Of a DNA stretch of 64,000 nt, positions 11,220 through 22,813 are shown piece by piece. The position numbers and the translations under genes were made by a program. The stretch comes from Eledone cirrhosa (taxonomy: Eukaryota), in the NCBI GenBank assembly GCA_964016885.1, contig OZ024742.1, positions 249,178,001 through 249,242,000 of the forward strand, read 5' to 3'. Each line of letters begins with the position of its first letter. The stretch's first letter is position 1. The notes beneath the pieces were generated by a model that was given only the letters and a program-made list of their open reading frames with translations, did no database searches and was not told the DNA's origin.

Positions 11220-13686
11220 ACAATAATAATAATAATGATTTCATTTATTAGCCACAAGGGCCGACATGTAGGGGACAATACAAAGACAGGGACAGTAGGG
11301 GTTTACAATAAGGTCGAGTGCACAATGGCAAGACTAATTTAACAATGAAGATATAAGAATATAAAATAAACTATGCATAAATATAACAAAATAAATTCCC
11401 CTATAGGGGTGGACGACCCAGGGGTGACTCAGGTACCCCACCAATCCTGAACTACCCTGCGCTTCTAGGGAACCCAGGGAGAGCACCCCTCTCCTCAAGT
11501 TAGCTAGCCTATAGGCGCATGATCAGAATAGGCCATTCACACGGGCCATTCTCGCCACATTCATCCACTTTTTAGCAAATGTACTGGGGGGAAGCACTTC
11601 TCTCTCCACCCTCACCTTCTGTTCCAGGTGAAACTTGAAGAAATTGATGAGGGATTCGCCGAAGAGAAAAGTGTTTGTCTTCAGTCCTTTTAATCTGGTC
11701 CACCATATAACCTCTTTCGCAACTGCCACCAGACGGAGGAAAATTGCCTGCTCTTCCTGACCTAAGGAAAACGGCGGAATGATCTTCACTATGGACTCGG
11801 CCGAAAGCCGGATCCGTTCCACACGCGACAGTAGCTGTTCGACATAACTCCACAAGTCAGTAATGCACGGACATTGGACAAGTGCGTGCAGAACGGTTTC
11901 GTCGCTCTGTGCGCATCTTGGACAGGTAGACTTTATCTCGAACCGACAGTGCCCCTAGGTAACACTGCCAAGCGAGGGATTTCTGGAAATTGTCCATCGT
12001 CCCTGGCTCGAAAGTCCTCCGGTATAGACTGTCCAGTTCGACTTCGTCGAGGCCCAAGCTTCTCCGAGTGCGTCATCGCACTTGCCCACCACTAATCCTC
12101 TATAGCACTCGAGAGCGGAAGTTCCACGGATCGCATTGCCCGCTTGGTAGAGTGCAGTGAGTGCCTGGCAACATTCCAGGTGCCAGTCACCCAGTCTCGG
12201 TCTCTTCTTGACCCAGGACTGCAGCTCAGACAAAGTAGCGAGCTGCGGAAAGGCCCGTCTGATAAACGGCGACCACACCTGTTCACCGTTTAGACAGAAT
12301 ATCTGGAGATGTCGCAGCCTCAGGGCATGTCTGCGCATCATTAACCACGGCATGCCCAGCCCTCCGCGTAGAGGGTGCTGGCAGCAGATGGACCGCCTCA
12401 CCCACGGAACTTGTCCTTTCCACAAGAATTTGAAGAGGAGCCGTTCCAACTTGACGAGGCGTGGACGGGGTCAAGGCACAATGGTCAGGCGGTAGCAGAT
12501 GACGGACGCGATGTACGCATTCGCCACATCCGCACGACCTTTCAGTGATAGCTTCCTCCCAGCCCATTTTTGGGGGAGACTGGTTACTCTGCTCGTTACC
12601 TCGTCCCAATTCTTTTCCACCTGGAGGTCTGGTTCGAACCAAACCCCGAGCAACTTTACCGGTCCGTCCGTCCAGCGCCCCGCGTCGCTGTTGGACGGCA
12701 TAGGCTTGCCTCTCCAGGTTCCGAGCTGCAAGCCCACCGACTTTTCCGGGTTAAGTTTAGCTCCTGTCAACCTTTCATATTCCTTCAATCAGGTACCGAC
12801 AACCTCGATTTCTGAGGTGTCCGACAACATCACGGTGATGCGTCCGCATAAGCCGACACCACCTTTCCACGTCCCGGATCTAGTGGGATTCCCTGCAACA
12901 GCTCCAGCTTCCGCAGTAAAGGCTAGAGAATCAATACGTACAGAAGGGAAGAGAGAGGTAACCCTAGACGGACCGATCGGTAGAGCCGAAATGGTTCCGA
13001 GAGGTGGCCATTAACCTTGACCACCGAGCGTGTGCCGCTGTGCATTGCAGCGATCCAGCTTCTGAAGACAGGGCCGAATCCAGCTGCTTTGAGGACAAAC
13101 TCCATATACCGATGGTCGACCCTATCGATTTATTTACCTCCCGGGGTCTTGTGAAGGTCGGGTGGTTCAACCTCCATGGTTGGTGGGGTTTCTTTTGGGA
13201 ACCCCTTTAAAAATCTTGATGTGGGTTTCACGTTCTGGGTTCCCACGTCTTGAAGAAAGCTCTCTCGAATTTCTTTGTAGGAATTGAACGACATTCGCAC
13301 CAGAAGCAAATCTTCTGGCACGCAAAATGTGTTCAGTTCAAAGATCTCCCCCTCTGTTTGGATGTCCTCGCGTCGTGCTAAGAGAGCCATCAATTTATCG
13401 TTGGCCCTTCTGACAAACACGAAGTTTTTAATGTTTTGTTGGTGTGGTTGTATTTGTTTTCGTTTTGATGACTGTGGTGGTAATGGTTTTGGTGGTGTTG
13501 TCTCGGGTATGTCTGTGTTTGTTGTAGGAGTGGTGTCTGCAATTTTAGGTGCCTGCGTGTTTATTTGTTCTTGAATTTGTTTAGGTTGTTTGCGTTTCGG
13601 GGATTGTGGGGTTGGTGTTGTTGATGTTGGTATTGATGTTATTGGGGGAAGTGTTTGCGTTAGTGGTGTCTGTATTTTTGTTGTGT
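11220..13686 (-). mobile_element. Tx1-clade LINE with internal deletion (ORF1 C-terminus joined to mid-RT), (ATT)n tail
   Basis: ORFs 11523-11855, 11955-12449 and 12471-12788 match the Tx1 ORF2 of 55237-60642. ORF 13130-13708 resembles the ORF1 C-terminus (56260-56922; both end ..GK*). Tail CTTGTGGCTAATAAATG followed by (ATT)n. Confidence 0.9.
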
Positions 13687-14215
13687 ATTTCCGACGAGAC
13701 AGTCGCAAAGGTTGAGGAAAACATGAGTAAAGATCGGCGGATCCTCTGGATGCTCAATGCATTTTGGTTCCTGAAGTTTCCCGAAGCACCATCCACACGA
13801 TTTTAACGGAAAAATTGCTACTGTCTCGTCGGAAATTGACGGTCTCACGCTCCTTTGTTCGTCGTGAATTTCAGTACGACCAGCTGTAAACTTTCTACAC
13901 CACTTGCGAACGTGTTTGACATCCATGCACGACTGTCCATACACTTCCGTCAATTGGTGATGAATTTCAATCGGTTCAACGCCTTTTGCATTCAAAAACA
14001 GAATAACTGCGCGAACTTCGCACTTTGCGGTAGCGTTCAACGGGAGCTCCACTCTCAACGGATTCCAAGCCAAGATTGATCATCCCACCGAAGCGCGCGC
14101 ATGCTTGTTCGGGAGTGGGGAAGCACCAATCACAACAGTGTTGCCAACAGCCGTACGAACAGTTTCTCTGCGTCCCCATTACTTTGGAGACCTTACTTTT
14201 GGGATTACCCTCGTA
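13687..14215 (-). mobile_element. mariner transposon 5' fragment (TIR + HTH region), with an internal inversion
   Basis: TIR TACGAGGGTAATCCCAAAAGTAAGGTCTCC (rc 14186-14215). ORF EVRAVILFLNAKG..EIHHQLTEVYG..VRKWCRKF..DEQRSVRPS. Confidence 0.88.
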
Positions 14216-14218
14216 CAT

Positions 14219-14310
14219 ACATCTATAAGCTCTCTCCTACATACATACATACATACATACATACATACATACATACATACATACATACATACATACATAC
14301 ATACATACAT
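14219..14310. repeat. (CATA)n microsatellite
   Basis: Direct reading. Confidence 0.95.
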
Positions 14311-14926
14311 GATGGAAGAGCGTAAAGGCTGCAACAATATCCTTATGGTACGATACTTCTAATTTACAAAAACGAGGAGTGGGAACTTTTTTTTTTGTTT
14401 TAGATGAGATAACAGCTGCTGCTGCTGTTGAATGACGAGTGAATTCATTGGTAGGGTGTAGTATAGCGCTTATATCATCAGTTCAAACGTCAACCGGGAA
14501 GCTAATCTACTGTAACGAGCCGTTAGTTACAGCAATAGCTATTTCTACTGCAATATACCGCCATAGTAGCAAACACAACTAAGCTTCTACACCATCTGCA
14601 TTGCCACCCTTACCTCCTTACCCTTCCAGCAACTAAATTAGTTAACTAGCATACATCTCATAATCCTCAACACTGTGTGACGTCTGCATTTCTAACGGAC
14701 TGATGTGCTGATGAGTAAATAAAGGGGATACGTTGATGATTACCTAGATACACACACGCATGCATGAAGTTATATCTATATATATAGTAAGTGAAAGGGT
14801 GTCAGTGAGATTAAGAGAAAGACAGATGGATAGATGGACAAATAGATATACAGAATTGGTGATGAGATGCATGCGCACAAATACACATATATACGGACAA
14901 TCCCAAGCGCACACAGCCCCCCCCCC

Positions 14927-15020
<94 letters not shown>

Positions 15021-15051
15021 ATATATAAGAATAGAGGTGTAACAAGTTATG

Positions 15052-15678
15052 ATATATTGGTAAACAGAAAAGAAAATGCTGACAAATTGTTCACAGTGAA
15101 AAATAGTTTAATTAGGAATAAGTGAGAATTAGTAATAGTATTGGTTAGTATTCAGTTTTTGGTTTTAAGTTTTACCGGTTGCGCATTTCTAATGCTTTTC
15201 AAAAATAATTTTGAGATAGAGCGTCCGTGATGTTTGCTGTGATCTGATTAGTTTTGGAAATTCTACCTGTTTTTATGTTAAAAAAGTGGCTCCAGCAGTA
15301 TTAAAATAAGTTATGCGCCAATTAGTGTTGCAAAAATTCTTGTGGTCAAAACAATTTTGATTGGTCGGTAGAGGTCATGTGAATGTTAAAAATTGATTTT
15401 GCGCTAAATGTAGGTTTGTGTCGGCTGATTGAGAAGTCACTGAAAAATAAGTCTTTTTTAACATAAAAACAGGTAGAATTTCCAAAACTAATCAGATCAC
15501 AGCAAACATCACGGACGCTCTATCTCAAAATTATTTTTGAAAAGCATTAGAAATGTGCAACCGGTAAAACTTAAAACCAAAAACTGAATACTAACCAATA
15601 CTATTACTAATTCTCACTTATTCCTCATTAAACTATTTTTCACTGTGAACAATTTGTCAGCATTTTCTTTTCCGTTTA

Positions 15679-15687
<9 letters not shown>
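15052..15687. repeat. Fold-back element: 235-bp inverted repeats around a 166-bp spacer, in (TA)n
   Basis: 15052-15286 is the reverse complement of 15453-15687. I count 3 mismatches by eye. Confidence 0.93.
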
Positions 15688-15736
<49 letters not shown>

Positions 15737-16174
15737 CATATGTGTGTGGTGTATATGTTCATATATGTATACATGTACATGTATATACGTATATATATAT
15801 ATATATCTTATTCTTCCTGGTAATGATGTCGCTGATAACTTTAAAACTGATGTGTCATTGGAATGATGGATGCAGCGAGATTCGGCAGGGTGGCCATTCG
15901 ATTTTGTAGTAGGTGTTCACCGCCAAACGTATACTCGCAGAAAATCCGTCTAGATAACAGTCATTTACATATATGTGTTTTGTGCATAGAACAATAAAAA
16001 CAGAAGTCAGGCGTTGGTAGATAATTATTTCATTTTTTTTTACAACCGTTTCAGAGGGTAGATTATTCAGTGAAGATTGATGTATTGACTAGCATGGTAG
16101 TGGTTAAGTTACTACCTATTTCTAGTTTCGTAAACCCCTTCAGAAACATTAAACTGATTATATATACTATACAT

Positions 16175-16261
<87 letters not shown>

Positions 16262-16287
16262 GTATATATATATATATAAATATATAT

Positions 16288-16501
16288 GTAGATAAATCTA
16301 CCAAGAGTTTACGGTAGTGTCCAATCCTACCAATTTTGGTAGTTTGTACAATTTTGTATAATTTTGTACATAGATCTGTTGAATATGCATGCCAATTCTA
16401 ACACATATATATCCTAGAAACGATCGTTAAATAATGAACTTTTTTTGTTTAATATAAGGAACTGTTTCATTGTTTTATTCATTATTTTTTTAATATTTTA
16501 T
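16288..16501. repeat. Short dispersed repeat, partly inverted relative to the copy at 47736-48039
   Basis: 16288-16327 equals 47736-47775 (direct). 16332-16501 is the reverse complement of ~47870-48039. Confidence 0.9.
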
Positions 16502-16719
16502 ATAAATATATATATATATACGAAGTTATGTGGCCAGTCACGGCTTCATCATCATGATTGTTGTGAGTTTACTTCTACTACATCATTCTGTATAGACATA
16601 TATATCTGATACAGATTTTTAAAAAAACCCAAGACAAGAGTTAGAAGCTGAGAAGCGTTTGTTTGTAGTTTATCCTGGCTTCGATTTGATATATATTATA
16701 TACGGCATTTGGTCAGAAA

Positions 16720-17020
16720 TGACTATGGAATTTGCACAAAGCAAGTTTCTCTTCCCAGACATTAGCCCTGGCAAGGTTGTTTGTGGAAGATGAGCAGTCG
16801 TCCATGTATACCAGTCTCCCCTTTCCACGCCACCGATGTTGTCCAAGAGAAGGGCCGGGACAGCTTGCCACCAGTAACGTCGCAACTCATTCCTACATCT
16901 CAGTAAACAGGAGAAACCTGAAATAAAATGCTTTGCTCAGAACACGACGCATTGCCCGTTCCGGTATTCGAATGCACAACCATACGATTCTGAATCCGAT
17001 GCTGTAACTATGTGCCTATG
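16720..17020 (-). mobile_element. Decayed tRNA-derived SINE (family of 4267-4500)
   Basis: rc ..CATTCGAATACC..GTCGTGTTCTGAGCAAAGCATTTTATTTCA.. resembles the body of 4267-4500. Confidence 0.65.
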
Positions 17021-17283
17021 GAATACATGATGGCTATATATACAGTACAAGAAATGAACACGAATCAATGTTCTTAGAGTACTGCCTAATTGTCTGAAAC
17101 ACTAACTTCAGGAACGTTAAAAACTTGATCATTTACCGATTAGATGAATATACAAGTTAGACAGAGTTCATAATCGCTAGCAAATAAGATAGACAGATAA
17201 TTGTGAATACAATGTCTTTTCCCAAGTAGGAATGTATCATCGTCAGACTAGTGATTAATGATTTCAGTATAAGATCTAGTGAA

Positions 17284-17385
17284 AGCATCTGGCCTAATAG
17301 TTAGGGTATTGCGCTGCCAATAATAAGGTCGCTGGCTCGATTCCTGGACTTAGTGGCATGTTGCGCATGTTAGCAACATGCATTA
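17284..17385 (+). mobile_element. SINE tRNA-head fragment
   Basis: AGCATCTGGCCTAATAGTTAGGG..GGCTCGATTCC parallels 4267-4325. Confidence 0.6.
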
Positions 17386-17518
17386 TCTCCCATACCTTTT
17401 CATGGTAGGACTAGGGCGTAAATCGTTAAAACACCTCAGAATTCATATATAGGTTCCAATCCCATTTGTACTAAGAAGAAGAAGAAGAAGAAGATCTACT
17501 GATTCTGACAACCCTAAT

Positions 17519-18772
17519 TGTTGGGCTGAGTCATAAATAATTCACGTTGTAACTTGTAACTATGCATTTCTAACTTCTAATTTTTAAACGCATCCAGAAA
17601 TTACATGATTAGAGAGAGTCTTCATCGGTCATTCTTATTTTATTTGTGAAAGAGTGCGCATCGTAATTTAATCTATGATTTCACGCATCTAAAATGAAGG
17701 AACTGAAAGTGTCTATTCGACACGTAATGTTGCTGGAGTTTACGCTACAGAAACAGCTAAGAAAAATTTGTAGTGTTTATGGCCAAGGTGTCATTACTAA
17801 CCACCAAGTCCGAAACTGGTTTTCAAAGTTTCGTTTTGGGGGTTATTTTATTAAAGGGTGAACCGTGATCAGGACGCTCATCAGACCTCGATCAAGATGC
17901 TTTAAGAGAATTGGTTGAATGCAACCAGAGCAAATGTACCCGAAAATTAGTACTTGACCTCAATATATCCCAATCCACAATCTTCCGCCACTTGCAAAAG
18001 ATAAAAAAAAGCGAGCAAGCTGGGCGTTTGGGTTCCTCATACTCTTAGTAAGAAGAATGAGAAAGATTGCATATCCACAGCGACAAGTCTTCTGTCAAGA
18101 CAGGGGAAATGACCCGTTTCACAGGAATATCATTGTAGGTGGTGAAAATGGGGTCTTTTATGACAATGTTCAACGCAAGAGGCAGTGGATTGATAAGTAT
18201 AAAACTCTGCAGTCTACCCCAAAGGCGGAGCTTCATAGAAGAAACATTATGCAGTGTTTATGGTGTGATCTCCACGGTATTATTCATTTTGTGTTTTTAA
18301 ACTGCAATCAGACACTCAGTACAGACTTATCCTTTCAAGAGCTGCAACGTGTACATGGACATTTTCTACGAAAACGCCTTGCACTCGTTAACAGGAGAAA
18401 CTGTGCTTCTCCATGATAACGCCAAGCCAAATTCAGCAAGAATCATTCAGAAAAAAATGTTGGATTTAGGCTGGTCTGTACTACCCCATCCATCATATTC
18501 ACCACACATTGTACCAAGTGATTTTCATTTTTTCGTTCTGTACGACATGCTCTGAATGGCAACAATTTTTCTCCGGAAGATCATGTGAAAACGTTTGTGG
18601 GAAACTTCTTAAGCTGTAAACCAGCTGGGTTTTACTTGAGAGGGATCAGCAAGCTACCTGATGAATGGCAAGACATGATTCAAAGTAATCACGAATATAC
18701 TATTGATTGAAATTAACTCATTGTTAAATTATTCACGAATATAACGAAACTTATCTATAACTCAACCAAATA
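17519..18772 (+). mobile_element. Full-length decayed mariner (DD34D-type) transposon
   Basis: WVPH at ~18029, LLHDNAKP and LPHPSYSPHIVPSDFH (18349-18555). Imperfect TIRs TGTTGGGCTGAGTCATAAATAATT and rc TATTTGGTTGAGTTATAGATAAGTT. About 1.25 kb. Confidence 0.9.
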
Positions 18773-19256
18773 TTTAATTCACTAGATCAGTGATGATAAT
18801 GGCTTCTAGCATAGACAAAAGCCCTAACATTTTGTAAGAGGGATGTAGTCAGTTCACCTCAGTAGTTGAGTGCTATCTATTTTAGTGAACTAGAAGTATG
18901 TGTGTGTTTGTTTGTGTGCATGTATGTGTGTGTGTGTGTGTGCACGCGCGCGTGTGTGTATAATTCGTTTTTGAATTTATTTTGCGAGATTTCTTATCTG
19001 AAAACGCGTGTTGAAATAGTAATTAAGGACAAATTGATAACATACACACACACACAAACCAAACTAACAAAACAAATCAGACACACACAGATAGAACAAA
19101 CAACCAACTAGTAACAAGTAAATAAACACATAAATTAATAAAACAAACACACACTCTCGGATGTAAGGTATGCGCAAACTAAGCACACAACACACAACAT
19201 ACAAAAACAAGATGGTGTAGGACAGAAAAATGAGAGACACACAAAATAAAAATCTA

Positions 19257-19296
19257 GTCACTGAGGTCACAGAATATGTGACGAAAGAGCTTTGAC
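19257..19296 (+). ncRNA. Decayed minimal hammerhead (core shortened to CUGAG)
   Basis: gtca-CTGAG-gtcaca gaata tgtgac-GAAA-gagctt-tgac. Stems I and II are perfect, with a palindromic AGCT loop. It follows a CA-rich segment like other Penelope 3' UTRs in this window. Confidence 0.6.
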
Positions 19297-19424
19297 AATG
19301 TATAAACAACCTTCCGGTTATCGAACCAACAAGCCAATCAACCAACCGGAGACTTATAACAAATTAAAGTGAAACTTACAGGGGCGTGTGTTTTTATTGG
19401 TAGCCTGACACTCCCAAAGTATAA

Positions 19425-19831
<407 letters not shown>

Positions 19832-19843
19832 TTAATATAGATG

Positions 19844-19894
19844 ACATTCTACAGAACTGGAACTGTTTCATTCTTTAGAAATCATCAGGAATCT
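19844..19894 (-). ncRNA. Type I hammerhead ribozyme (family of 26907-26957)
   Basis: rc agattc-CTGATGA-tttctaaagaat-GAAA-cag ttccagtt ctg-TA-gaatgt. Confidence 0.82.
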
Positions 19895-19974
19895 GGCTTC
19901 CAAAATAAATGTTGTGGTATTTTATATATATATATATATATTTGTGTATGTGTATGTGTGTATATATATATATA

Positions 19975-21290
19975 TGAGACGTTCAACAACACGGACGAGA
20001 ACATTGACTTCAGTGTTGAACACCCCCAACGAAGACGGGTCACTTTCCCTCCTCGACTTCCGAATCAACATCACGGAACAGGGAAGGATCCACTGCAACT
20101 TCTACCGAAAGGCAGCCTGCAGGGACCTGTTCGTTCACTACAAGTCCGCCCTCCCTAACAGTGCGAAAAGAGGATACATCACGAACGAGATCGCGCGAAT
20201 CAAAAACAGATGCAGCGATCCCACGAGTGGTATCACTCATACCAAGCGATTCCTCGAGGTGCTGGAGACGAACGGGTACCCTATCTCGATCACAGACAGA
20301 ATAGGAGACACACGACACAAGAGACAGAGAGGCACCCAAGGCAAGTGCTTCCTTAAAATGCCACACCTGGGCGAGAATACCACCAACGCTATCCGCAAGG
20401 CTATACGGAGGGATGGCCTCGACATCCACCTGGCCACTCGGGCCCCTCCCTGTGAAGATGCCTCTCCAGGAAACCCGGGAAATCTACTGACGCATGCTCC
20501 CTCAGAGACTGCCCGATACGCCATGCGAACTGTTGCCTACGAACATACGTCGTGTATAAGATAGAATGTGACAGGTGCAACCAATACTACATAGGTAGCA
20601 CAATCCAACCTTTGCACATCCGGATCAAGGAACACACTAAAACCAGGGCCTCGTCTTTCCGGAAACACATAGATAAATGCGGAAACAAAGACGGAAGGCC
20701 CATTGTCACAATTCTAGCGACTGAAAGAAACATCGGCACGTTACGTATCAAGGAAGTGCTTTTTATCAAACGCCAGCAACCGCAAATAAACAACCGATCA
20801 GAGAGAAGCGAAATGAGATGGCTGGTTTAAGTTAACAAACGATGCAGCAACACACAACACACGCACACACACAAACGAGACAACTACACACACACAGGCA
20901 CACACACACAGTAGCATTCCACCATACGAACATACTACACTGCCAATACAGAGGAACAAGGCAACAACACACGCACACACACATACACTCAAGCGAGACA
21001 ACAACACACGCACACACACAGTAACACTTAACAAACAGGCAGAGAATGGACTGACAGCTAGCGCCACCCAACTCTCTCATTCGGCCGCTGACCTCTGCCC
21101 GACCGACCTCATTTCACGCGCACGCGCGCTCTGCCGAATACCTCAGATATTCAAAACAACAAACAGCGGAGGACGCGTTTCGCACCTGTCCAACAGACAA
21201 CCTTTCCCCCACCCCGGAAAAAACCCCAGTTGATGGATGTGAATCGGAAATATATAGGGACTATTAAATCTCTCCCAAAGTAACTCTCTC
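19975..21290 (+). mobile_element. Penelope-like element, 5'-truncated (RT thumb + GIY-YIG + 3' pLTR region)
   Basis: SLSLLDFRI..FYRKAA..HYKSALP..NGYP (19914-20564). VYKIECDRCNQYYIGST..RIKEH..KEVLFIKRQQPQIN (20552-20830). Confidence 0.92.
21224..21259 (+). ncRNA. Decayed minimal hammerhead of the Penelope pLTR
   Basis: ccc-CAGTTGA-tggat GTGA atcg-GAAA-tata-TA-ggg. The core has 2 substitutions. It lies ~400 nt after the GIY-YIG stop and is followed by ATTAAA. Confidence 0.55.
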
Positions 21291-21530
21291 TTGTGTTGTT
21301 ATTTTTATTTTATCCTTTATACTCGTCCCTTCATTCTTCTACACATCTTACACATCTTATACACACCACGCATCTCAGCGTACACCCACTTACATCTCTC
21401 TCTTCACCACCGGATCTTGTTACCCGGAGATTTACCCATTTGCATTGTCGAGGCTTCCAAACGACTTAAAGATATTTACTTATTATTCCACAATGCTTCA
21501 AGCAAACTTCAATACTCTCTTATATATATA

Positions 21531-21581
<51 letters not shown>

Positions 21582-21599
21582 GTGTGTGTTTATGTGTGT

Positions 21600-21649
<50 letters not shown>

Positions 21650-22408
21650 GTATATATACATGTATGTGTGTGTGTGTGTATATGTATGTGTTTATATATA
21701 TATACATATATATGTGTGTATATGTATATATATATGTATACATGTGTGTGTGTGTGTATGTGGACCCCACAACTTACCGTGGATATCTCTGTGTATATAT
21801 ACATATATATATATATATAAATAAAGTCTAGCTATTGAGCAGTTAATTTTATTGATTTTTTTAGTTACTTCTATTGACTGTTGAATAGCTCTGTTATATT
21901 TAACCATTCTGTCGAGAGCTTTATTCGATTTGTGATATTTTGCATTCTCGCAATATTATACGCAACTGAATCATTCGCCTAATAGAGGTGTTGCCTCCCT
22001 AGCTGAATCCCACGTGGGGTCAGTAATAGCCACACTATCTATAGCATTTTGGAGCAAAACCCGTTGATAACGCTACTTCCTTGTTCATCATCTCACCAGA
22101 AGCCCAACATTCTTTATGTAGGCGGACAGTACTTGATTTTGGAGTCGCAGAAACCAATACTGGATTTTACCATCAGTCCAGGGTCCGGGAAAGTATCAAC
22201 ACATATATTTTTATTGTTTGACCCGAATTACTTGGTCGTTTGTTTTGGCTGTGCGGATGATATGTTTAACCACCATCTCAGCGTGTTTGGCCCTTAACGA
22301 CGTATGTTGTAGCTCTGATTCACATGAATCATCGAGCGCTTGCAACACATATCGGACGTTGATTTTCATTAATTCCTGAGCTGAAAACGATTCTCAGTAA
22401 TTTATATT

Positions 22409-22490
<82 letters not shown>

Positions 22491-22563
22491 ATGTGTGTAT
22501 GTATATGTATGTATACATGTATATATGTATATCTCTCTCTCTCTATATATATATGTGTATGTA

Positions 22564-22623
<60 letters not shown>

Positions 22624-22742
22624 AGGTGAGTTTTATTGCAGCACAATAAAGCAATGCAAATATCGGATAAGTAGCACTCAACAGTTTATAGGACTGGAGT
22701 ATAAATAATATAAAATCAAAAGATGGTTCAAAGAGTTCCATG

Positions 22743-22813
22743 TATTTTATTATGTGCATTTCAAAAACAAATATCATCATGGGATGATATTTGCGTTCTC
22801 ATCAGATAAAATA
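22743..22813 (-). ncRNA. Minimal type I hammerhead in the downstream pLTR
   Basis: rc tattttat-CTGATGA-[gaacgcaaatatcatc cc atgatgatatttgttttt]-GAAA-tgcaca-TA-ataaaata. Stem I is 8 bp. Confidence 0.85.

Noticed and set aside
14706-14740. CTGATGAG as a hammerhead core
   Set aside because: No downstream GAAA or stems.
15077-15107. CTGACAA-attg ttca cagt-GAAA in the fold-back arm
   Set aside because: G8 is absent in both arms and there is no convincing stem I.
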